A DNA stretch of 63,138 nucleotides, the filler included, from Reticulomyxa filosa (Eukaryota > Protista > Foraminifera): NCBI GenBank assembly GCA_000512085.1. It is 17 parts of 17 records of this genome, joined end to end, with 100 filler letters (N's around TTAATTAATTAA, not from the genome) between each part and the next. Parts side by side here need not be neighbours in the genome. Positions count along the whole stretch, not along the records: positions 53,761 to 55,072 come from ASPP01013952.1; positions 55,173 to 57,114 come from ASPP01008834.1; positions 57,215 to 58,478 come from ASPP01003954.1; positions 58,579 to 60,845 come from ASPP01032979.1; positions 60,946 to 63,138 come from ASPP01019004.1; 12 more parts are not named here. One strand, written 5' to 3'. Under the pieces are notes generated by a model. That model saw only the letters and a list, made by a program, of their open reading frames with translations, was not told the DNA's origin and ran no database searches. Positions 53,661 to 63,138 of this stretch are shown piece after piece. Position 1 is the first letter of the stretch. The number at the start of each line of letters is the position of its first letter. The position numbers and the translations under genes were made by a program.

Positions 53661-53899
53661 NNNNNNNNNNNNNNNNNNNNNNNNNNNNNNNNNNNNNNNN
53701 NNNNTTAATTAATTAANNNNNNNNNNNNNNNNNNNNNNNNNNNNNNNNNNNNNNNNNNNNGTAAGTGTTATACGTAATAGCAACAAAAAGGCTGGGAAAA
53801 AATCACAAAAGAGAAGAAAGATTAAATAAATACATATACATACAAATATATACATATACATTTATTATATATATATATATATATAATATAAATGCATAT

Positions 53900-55005
53900 A
53901 CATTTATACAAAGTATGAACGTTACTAAACCAATAAGCAATACTCCAGAAACGCGTACATTATCCGCTCGCCAAATGAGAAAGCCATGGATACCACCGAC
54001 AATAGCTACAATCAGACAACACACTAAATATCCGTATACCACGTACAAGGCAATACCAGGAAATTCAAAGTGGAAGACAGGCAATGTGGACACTTTCATT
54101 CCAAATGCTTGTTTTTTTTTTTTTTTTTACGTGTACGTATGTTTGTATCTAATATGTGTACGTTTGCAAAGGAAAAAAAAAAAAAAGTACATACATATGT
54201 TATAGCTTTGCCCTCCTTTCCTCTTATTAAATTTACAAAAAAAAAAAAAACCTTGGAAGCTTGGCAACCCTTGTTGACGCATGTAATAGGTCATCCGACG
54301 CAAAAACAGATCCTGGTTTTCCGTGAGCAAATAGAACAACTCATGGCGGTAATCATAGTCATAGCCCATATCAGTCTGATCCATCCGAAGATACGAGTCC
54401 AAGCCATAGTAATAAGGGAGGGTCAAATTGTACCCACTTGCGCTCGCATCAGCATGCGCCTTCATGCCTTCGGATCCTCTCTGGTTATTGTTCATTTATT
54501 TTTTTTATTTTTTATTTTTAAAAAAAGAAGCAAAGAGGGAGGGGAGGATCATTAACAACAAAAAATATGCAATTTAGCATGAATATGAAATTATTGTTTA
54601 GGATGGAGGGAAAAAAAAAAAAAAACAAACAAACACAAAACGAAACAGAATTATACGAAGTCTTGCAATGAGCAGTGGAACGCGGTAGACAGACGCCGAA
54701 AAGCCCCCAGACTTCGACGTCCAAAAGACAGGCTTTGGTTTGAATGGATTGATAGAGCTGCGCGACGGCTTCGTATTTGAGGTGTTGTTTGCAAGAGCTG
54801 TCATACAGAGCAGAGCCTAGCGCACAGCGTTCCAGCCATTGCTCCGCGACGTCCATGACAGCATACCACTCGCTATACGCCGAGGCACTTGCATAGTTGT
54901 TCAACACAGAAAGCGGTTGGTCCTCATACCATACACGCAGCGTCGTTTTCTTCGAGCCATACAATGAGCTTACATTGCACTTTGGTAATGGCAAGTTTAC
55001 TTTTC
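53900..55005 (-). CDS. Internal fragment of a membrane protein (ectodomain + TM helices)
   Basis: Three exon-like blocks, the last with IALYVVYGYLVCCLIVAIVGGIHGFLIWRADNVRVSGVLLIGL. Confidence 0.55.
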
Positions 55006-55035
55006 TCCAATATTATATATATATATACATATATG

Positions 55036-55072
<37 letters not shown>

Positions 55073-55172
55073 NNNNNNNNNNNNNNNNNNNNNNNNNNNN
55101 NNNNNNNNNNNNNNNNTTAATTAATTAANNNNNNNNNNNNNNNNNNNNNNNNNNNNNNNNNNNNNNNNNNNN

Positions 55173-55215
<43 letters not shown>

Positions 55216-55259
55216 GCTAAAGTTGGTGTACACATATATCTCTATATGTATAAAAAGTG

Positions 55260-57100
55260 AAACTTGAAACTGCAACAATTGCACTTGTTCTAAAATATCT
55301 TTGGTGGTGGGCGCGACGGTGCGATTTTTGTATACGTCGGTGCTGAAGACACTATTGAAATCGGCCAGCGAGATTTTGTCTTTGCCTTTGGCAATGAAAT
55401 CAAACACGGTGTTTACGCGTCCATACACTTTGATCTTGTGCTTCGCAAAGGCTGCTTCAAGTTCGTCCAATGTGATGAATCCCGGCTCTTTCAAACTGAT
55501 GTCATTGAAAGCGTTGGAGATCGCGTCCATATTGCGTGTGGCTCGGGCAGTCCCGACATTGTCTTCTTTGTCTCGTGCCTTTTAAACATATGCAATATAT
55601 GTACATATATGTATATGTACATATATATATATGTATATATGCATATATGTAAGTAGTTATTGGCTCAACTCCAAAGTGCATAGTAATAGTATGTTTCAAT
55701 AAATCCGGAAGCGTTGGAAAAACAACCCCGGGAACGGACTTGGGAACATAGTTTTGCATAAAGTCTCGATAGTCGATTAAGCCTGTGCAGTGGACATCAA
55801 ACATGGTAAAGATGGTGTTGATGTCGTCGGAGAATAAGTCCAGCCCGCATTGCTGTAGCCACTCTCCAAACTCTTTGCGATCCAACGCGCCACGTTTGCC
55901 TTTGTCGCACAGCACGAAATTGGCACGCATTTCATCGAGCAATTGGTGCAATGTGTCCTCCTGAAACTTTGCGCTGTCATTGTCCATGTTGTTCACTTCG
56001 GCAAATATGACATGCGTTAGCAAGTTCTTAATTGCCTCGTTGCGTTGTTTTTGGTCTCCACTTTTGCTTGCGGCCCCGCCAATGGCATACGCTAACGACG
56101 ACCGCGATTTCATGTGTTTGTCTTTCGTAGTGGTCGAGGACGGCGCGCTCGTCGAGGGATTCAGCGACGGGTCGTCCGTCATTCCGAAATTCGACCCGGT
56201 TGATGCACGTCGGAAATGACTTGGTGGTCCGTGATCCCCTTTTTTTTTAAAAAAAAAAAAAAAAAAAAATTTGCTTTATTTGTTTGTTTTGTTTTTAAAA
56301 TGATAAAAAACAAACCTCTGATTTAACAGTGGACTCGGCATCCTTGCTGACATTGGGTGTCACAGAATCCTTATGAGAAGGCGGGAATGTGGAATCGGGG
56401 AAAGATATAACCGAGTCCCCATCGATAGAAGGGACGTCGACAAATTTATAAAATTCGTCGCTGGAATCAAGGAATTTCTTTTTTCCACTCTTTACACTTT
56501 TGATCATTCCGTGCTGATACATTTGCTGCGCAATTTGGACCGCCCCTGCTCTGGTTCGAATGCCATCCACGTTGTTTTCGATCCAAGTTACGATGGCCAT
56601 TCCACTCGTCATTTCTTTTTTTGACCAAATGCTGGCTCTGTGAAGACATATATGTATACATATATAGAGACGTGAAACAATTAATTTTTTTTTTTTTTTT
56701 TTTAAATTCATATTGTTGCCGTAACACAAATGTACCTGTGACTGGTCATTTGAACCCCTTTGGACAATCTGGCCAAAATGCCAAGCAAATGTTTCTTTGG
56801 CTTATCACTGGGCAAAGGTGTGGCCAGAATGGCTCTGGGGTTGATTCCATCCTGCTCAATTCCTAAGAGTTTGTCTCGTTTGTCTTTGTCCTCCATTTCA
56901 TCTCCTTCCGCTGTCGATTCGATCGGCGACGGTGTTTGAATGACTACGCTGAGTCCACCGACACCATCATTTGTCAGTGTCCCAATCGGTGAGGTGATGC
57001 CGCGAGTCACCGTGCTGCTGTTGTTTGTAGGAGAGATTTCCGCTTTGTTCTCTCGAGTTTCGTTTACAGCGCTCTGGCTTTGGCTGGGGGTATTCACCGT
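55260..57100 (-). CDS. DEP domain + calmodulin-like EF-hand protein, both ends truncated
   Basis: DEP: TSGMAIVTWIE..RTRAGAVQIAQQMYQHGMIKSV..FLDSSDEFYKF. EF-like loops DKGKRGALDRKE, DVHCTGLIDYRD, SLKEPGFITLDE and AKGKDKISLAD. Confidence 0.8.
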
Positions 57101-58106
57101 CTTTAAAAAAAAAANNNNNNNNNNNNNNNNNNNNNNNNNNNNNNNNNNNNNNNNNNNNTTAATTAATTAANNNNNNNNNNNNNNNNNNNNNNNNNNNNNN
57201 NNNNNNNNNNNNNNTTGATCTTTTGCTCACTGTTAGTTACCTGTATAATGTCGATTTGCAGGTCAATTTATAAAACGTTGCGGAGATTGTCGACGTAGAC
57301 TTGAACATATTTATTGAAGGCGTTTTGTTATTTGGGCACTTCTTTTGGATTGATCGGTGGCTTGTTGAGAAATACGCATACTATCATTCTTTGATGGTAT
57401 TGACTCCTTATTGAAAATTTGCGCCAACGATACGATTGTCAGGTCATTGATTTGTGAATATTGTGCAAATTTCCATGCTATCAATTCTACGAGTAGCTGA
57501 TGAAATTGTTCATTGATGTTGCAAATATATTTATATTGTCGTGATGGTCCAAACGTTTTTGTCCGTTTCCAGTTGAATTGCACATTTCTATTTTTTTGCA
57601 CTTGGCACCACCGTGAACACATTTAATAAATGTGGAAGCACCAACGCCAAGGTGGATTTCCTGCTGTTGCCAACGCTAAAAGTCTCAACTCAATATTTTC
57701 TACTCGGTTTGCCCCCTCAGAAGAACATCAAATGAGCAACAAAGTCACGTTAAGAAAAAACCAAAAAATTTGTGGCAAAAGATTTGCAGCAATGCCGAGA
57801 ATTGGAAAAATGTGATTTGTTGCGCTTTGTTTTATATACATTCGCAACAGAAAAAAAGTCGATGTTTTTCTCATTTCAAAATTATTTTCAAACTAATCTC
57901 AGCCTATAAAAACGATACGACTTATTGGCAATGTTTTTTTGCATACATTTTACTTGAATTTATGTTAATATTTTTTCATAGAATCAATATTAATTTTTGG
58001 ATAATCATTAATTGATAGGTTCAAAATCTTTTGATCCAATACAATTATCTAGTCATTAGTTGCACATTATCCTAAAGTAAATAACCGTGCAGTTGACCAT
58101 CTTATG

Positions 58107-58290
58107 GATTGATGTATTTCAATTGGATTAATTTCAATTTATTAAACACGCTATTTTATTGGTCATGTAGTATAAATTTTCTTAATTTGTATTCAAATCT
58201 GAAATGAGGTAAAAGAGATGAATGAATGTTGCTACTATTTCATAGCAATTGAAGATTTTAGATTGGATATATGAATAAACACTCCGTTGT
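58107..58290 (+). pseudogene. Kelch-family relic
   Basis: IDVFQLD*FQFIKHAIL..FVFKSE..MLLLF parallels IHIFDLNRYQFIKHDTL..FVLKSE..MLLF of the 37952 gene. Confidence 0.55.
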
Positions 58291-60019
58291 TTATTTAAAT
58301 TTGTGCTGAGTGCTATGATATATTGTTCAAAATCCAATGAAAAATTTGCCAAAAATCTCTTTTGGCCATCTTTTCTTTATCTGGTGATAAACTGTAACAC
58401 ATACTGACAAAAGAAAAATTGCTCAACCAATTGCTTGCTAAAAAGAAAAAAACTTCATTCCATTCAAGCAACTGGTTTNNNNNNNNNNNNNNNNNNNNNN
58501 NNNNNNNNNNNNNNNNNNNNNNTTAATTAATTAANNNNNNNNNNNNNNNNNNNNNNNNNNNNNNNNNNNNNNNNNNNNATGGTGGAATATATTGTCTTAA
58601 ATTTATTGAATTGAAAAAGAAAAAGGGGGAAAAGAATATCGCACATGATTTGAATTTGTGTTATGGTTCATACAAAGGTCTCATTCGTATTTGGGGATAA
58701 TTTGCTGTTTTATGAAATAAGAAATGAAAGTGTTTTTTTGTTTGAAAAGTTTGATTAAAGAAAAATGGAGTGATATTAAACTTGTTTGATTTGATTGAAT
58801 GCAAGCATTGAGGATGTGTTTTATTTTGCTTTGTTGTTTCAAAAATTAAATGATTGCATTCAATGTTTTTTGAAGACTTGAAAAGCATAATTAATGAAAA
58901 TTTTATCCAAATATCAAAAAATGCAAACCAAAACACAATAAAATTAATTGTGGCTACAAGAAAAGCATTATAAATTGATTATACGAAATAGAAGTGTTTA
59001 CCTGCATCAAGTATATTGGAAAACACCATGATGACAAAATAAAGTTGTTTTTTTTATTCCAAAAATCATAAAATAAGCAAATTATGAATTGTGCAAAACA
59101 TCAAGTTAACTATCAAAAATCTGTTGTACTTTGTCTGAAGAAAATGTGTAATCTCTCGATCGTTTGTATTATATTTTTGTGCAAAGACATTGACTGTTTA
59201 AAATAATTTCAATTTCTTGATTATTATAACTGGTTTCAGATAGAAAGCATTGAACAAGAAACCAATTTGGAATCTCGTTTCTTATGTTCTCATTAGATAA
59301 TTTTGTCAACAAGACATATCAAATTGAGGTGCACTTATCAGACAGAGATATTCTGTTTCTATTTTAGAAGATTATGTGTTGGTACCGATGGTGTACTAAG
59401 CACAAGAATATTATAATTTAACTTTAAAAAAAATTAATTTTTTTAACAGTATGTTTCAAATCTTTGCTTCCTTACAAAAAACAAAAAAGATATCAATGCA
59501 ACCTTGGATTTGTTGTTTTTATGTATTACATTTTGTTTTTTTAAATTTGTACTAAAATATACTTTCGTGCTGTCATTAGATCTACCAATAACATAAACGC
59601 TTGTATTATCGCTTTTACTTTCATAGAATATATATATTTTATCCTAAGTGTTATTCCTTTATCTAAATAAAAACTGAAGTCATGAAAGTGATATTTGCTA
59701 TTTGTATGAATTCTGACAATTATTGTCCAATCAGATACAAATATCTAATTCATTATTTTCACAATGTATGTTTTACGTAAATACTTGTTTATTTAATTCT
59801 TTTATATTACAATTTTTTTCATTTGACACATTGCTACTTGAGACAACACTATCGCCATTGTTATCGTCACAGTTTTCATTTGGCTTTGAACTGATTATGT
59901 TGATCTTGTATTCTTTCGCTTTGCGCTGCACTTTTATTGTTTTTTTTTCAAACAACATTTGTCGTCATCACTACTTGTTTTTTGTTTCTTTTCTTGTTCT
60001 TTTTCTTCCTTTTCATTCT

Positions 60020-60061
60020 TCTTGTCTTTGTTGTGTTGATGTTTCTGCGCATTACTGATCC
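60020..60061 (-). repeat. Dispersed repeat, copy 1
   Basis: 38/42 nt identical to 60962-61003 (+). Confidence 0.8.
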
Positions 60062-60961
60062 GTCATGTGGAATGAATTTTAGCACTACATCAAATAGTTG
60101 TTTTTGATATGCGTAATACTAACATCAAATATACTAAAATTAAATTGCTATCAACATATTTCGAACAAAGTTTAAAGTATTTGCTTACTATTAAATTTAT
60201 TACTCATTTTTTGTTGATATTTCAATCTAGAACTATTTAGCATGTGATATATGCTTATAATGTAATGTAATTTGTAATATACGTGATATATTCAATTTTT
60301 GACAATTTTTTTTTATCTCAAAAATCTTTTCCTTTAATCCTAAAAAAGTGCTGAAAGACTAACTACTTCAACACAACAAGCATTGGTAGGTCTCAATTTA
60401 ATCTTGAGAAATTGCTTGCTTTTAGATTATTATTTGTAATTGTGGTTAATGTTTGAAAAATATTAAATATTTTTTTAATTGATACGCATTTCTTGCTTTT
60501 CAAAAGTATAAAGTACACAAATTCAGTTTTAGAGCAAATTATTTCTCACACATCGTATTAAAATCGTACAAAAATATTATAAATTTTTTTTTTTGTTAAA
60601 TGACAAAAATTTCAAAATAAATCAAACAACAATCCAAAATATAAATTGAATAAATTAAAAAATGAAAATTAAAATAAAATTTCATTCATACATATTCATC
60701 CCCAAACACGAATTAAACCATTATATGAGCCATAGTATAAGTGAACACAACAATCATTTTTTAATTTTTGTTCATTATCATTTACTTTCTTTTTCAATGA
60801 TACAAATTTAAGGCATTTTACTCCATTATGTTTATCACCTCCTTCNNNNNNNNNNNNNNNNNNNNNNNNNNNNNNNNNNNNNNNNNNNNTTAATTAATTA
60901 ANNNNNNNNNNNNNNNNNNNNNNNNNNNNNNNNNNNNNNNNNNNNTTTTGAAACATTTGAT

Positions 60962-61003
60962 GGATCAGTAATGCGCGGAAATATCGACACAAAAAAGACA
61001 AGA
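60962..61003 (+). repeat. Dispersed repeat, copy 2
   Basis: GGATCAGTAATGCGCGGAAATATCGACACAAAAAAGACAAGA, matching copy 1. Confidence 0.8.
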
Positions 61004-61059
61004 GTGAAGAAAAAGAACCCTTTGTAATATTAAAGAATTAAATAAACAAGTATTTACAT

Positions 61060-61340
61060 ATAAACGTACATTTTAAATGAAATATATAAGTATGTGGAAA
61101 AATAATGAATTAGCTATTTGTATCAATGAAGAAGTCTCAATATTTAGACAATAATTGTCTGCACTCATACAAATAACAAATATCACTTTCATGATTTCAT
61201 TTTTTATTTAGATGACGGAATAACACTGAAGATAAAATGTAGATAATATTTATAGATATTCTATGAAAGTAAAAGTGATGATAATACAAGCATTCATGTT
61301 ATTGATAGATCTAATGACAACACGAAAGTACATTTTAGAG
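61060..61340 (+). pseudogene. Internally deleted kelch-family relic
   Basis: Fragments MKYISMW (frameshifted), IYRYSM and SDDNTSIHVI..N..KVH occur in the same order as in the 37952 gene. Confidence 0.5.
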
Positions 61341-62542
61341 AAAATATATTTAAAAAGTGAAAAAGTTAAAAATTAAGTTAAAATGCAGTACATATAAGTA
61401 TTTGAAAAAAAATGGGAAGAATTGGACAAAGAAAAAGAATAGAATTGAAAATAGGAATTATGATAGCAAATTTAAGGAAATGAAAGAAAAAGTATCGTGT
61501 TTATGTAGCACACATTGATATCCATAAAGTGGAGTGGGCAACTCCTTCAAAATCAAACATAATGAATGAAGGAATATTGAATTAAGTTGTTTTTAAAAAA
61601 TGACAATCTTGAAATGACTTATACTTTATGTAGCTTTAAATTGTATTCACATTTAGTTTTTGTCTGTACAAAATCCTTGTGTTAAGACTTACAAATAAGT
61701 TCTTTTTTAATGAGATTAAAAAAAAGAGTTCTATGATATTTCATCCTTTTTATTCCTTTGCATTATACAATGATTGGAGTTTTTATGGTGTTCTAAAACT
61801 TTTTGAAAGTTATGCAAAATTAAAGTTGTTTTGCTTGAATAAGAGATAAAGATACAATGATGTGTCCCCCTAATGTTAAATCATGCACCTAATTTGTGTT
61901 CGTACTTTAATGAAAATATAAAAACAACTTTTTCTTAAATTTGGAGAGTTAACTAAAATAACGAAGACACAGTTTACGTTTAAATTGAGTTATTCGTGTG
62001 CTTGGATCAAAGAAATGGCTAAAAGAAAACAGGATCTTTAAAAATTAGATTTGAATTTTTTGTTGTTCTTAATGACTTTTTTTTTTATGAAAGAGGATTG
62101 TTTTTCATAATGAACTAAAGGATTTTTTCAAAAAAGCCTATGGGTTTATTCATTAATATAATTCCACCAATTTTGGAAATTAAATTTCAATATGCATTCA
62201 TTTTTGAAAAAAATTATAATTACTTCAAGTTTTATCAACATATTTTATATCAATGAAGTCTTTTTATATTAAAGCCATCCATTACAAAACAAACTGGCTG
62301 AACAAGCAAAACTTTTTCCCCTTTTCCCTTTTCGAACTTTTCGGAGCCACAGCATTCCGATGTTGAATAATCCGAAAAAATGCACTATTCACTAATTGAT
62401 TTGCCCAATAATTTAGTTTATTATATAAAAAAAAAAGTTCGCTTCGAAAGAATAGTCTTTACCTTTCGATTTTCGATCTACTGTAAATTAAAATCTAAAT
62501 TTAGTTTTTATAATTTCATTATATTTAAAAAAAAAACTAAAG

Positions 62543-62773
62543 ATGAAAAACTTACCTTCATTTCAAACCTTGTCCTCTTTGCCAGAGAGCTTTTATCAAG
62601 CTCAATGTATTGCTCAAAAACGCGAGATTCTCATCTGTGGACAAGGTAGCTGTTACTCCTATTTTATTCCAGGAAATAAATACAAATTGATTTGTCAGTT
62701 GCCAAGTGAATATCTGCCAGATGGCAATACAATTGTATCTGGATCTCGGAATTCTACAATAATCTGGAGATGA
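62543..62773 (+). pseudogene. Chimeric kelch N-terminus / WD40-blade fragment
   Basis: FQTLSSLP..QCIAQKREILICG..CYSY..YKLICQLPS followed in frame by PDGNTIVSGSRNSTIIW*. Confidence 0.65.
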
Positions 62774-63138
62774 TGAAAATAGCTTCTTTTGTAAAAGGAA
62801 ATAATTGAATAGACATATAAACATGTGTTATTGATTACAAACTCTAATTGATTAAAATAATGTTAATGTCAATATGAATAATATCATTTTCGATTGTAAC
62901 TTTTTTAAAAAGTTGTACTAAAATATCGTCCAAGTAAAGATTTATACAAAGAATATTTGTCCATTTTGAATTGCAAAAAGAATTTTGGAAATGATGTGTA
63001 ACTTTCAAAAGGTTAAACACTGAATTCAGAAAACACCTTTTGTCATCTTCAAAACGAATATCTTTTGAATTTATAATGATCTTGCATCACAACTTCGTTT
63101 AAAATTTTTTTGCTTCAAGGATATCTGGAATGTCCCTG

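Noticed and set aside
20789-57100. Apparent G-protein signalling cluster (GPCR, G-alpha, two DEP proteins, Ca sensors)
   Set aside because: The genes lie on different contigs separated by spacers, so linkage is not shown.
57311-57622. Possible reverse-transcriptase or transposon fragment
   Set aside because: No YxDD, DDE or other diagnostic motif could be found.
7472-60901. Recurrent palindromic TTAATTAATTAA as a repeat, CRISPR-like or recombination site
   Set aside because: It is always centred in exactly 44+44 N; an artificial six-frame-stop contig linker.
62960-63030. CPF*..MCNF resembling a TRAF-type zinc-finger relic
   Set aside because: Too short and degenerate to support.
1-63138. 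Stop-codon reassignment
   Set aside because: Conserved exons contain no in-frame TAA/TAG/TGA; apparent stops are explained by introns or frameshifts.

Overview
AT-rich, intron-dense eukaryotic DNA. It is not one locus: 17 short contigs are joined by 16 identical 100-bp artificial spacers (N44-TTAATTAATTAA-N44), so adjacency across spacers means nothing. The kelch-like family ending in WxRxL...WIDDFNKII and its decayed copies point to a foraminiferan, Reticulomyxa filosa-like (inference from recalled protein families). I spliced the genes by hand. They include two tandem NPSN/Vti1-like Qb-SNAREs, a Cys-repeat type I membrane protein, a 17-intron gene with five WWE domains plus a mono-ART-type PARP domain, a CaMK-family kinase, a 7TM GPCR-like protein and a J-domain-less DNAJA derivative. 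Also present are a PB1 + 4-EF-hand protein, a DEP-(PH)-VPS9 protein, an RNF213-like fragment with a degenerate RZ finger, an extra-large G-alpha lacking both catalytic residues, a degenerate fold-type III PLP enzyme, a DEP + EF-hand protein and kelch/WD40 relics. The most unusual signals concern splicing. Donors are mostly GTT, many acceptors are poly-A-AG with no pyrimidine tract, introns are often self-complementary, and an intron shifts in 1-nt steps across paralogous WWE repeats. About ten single-base frameshifts fall mostly in homopolymers and are probably assembly errors. No rRNA, tRNA, CRISPR array or intact transposon was recognised.
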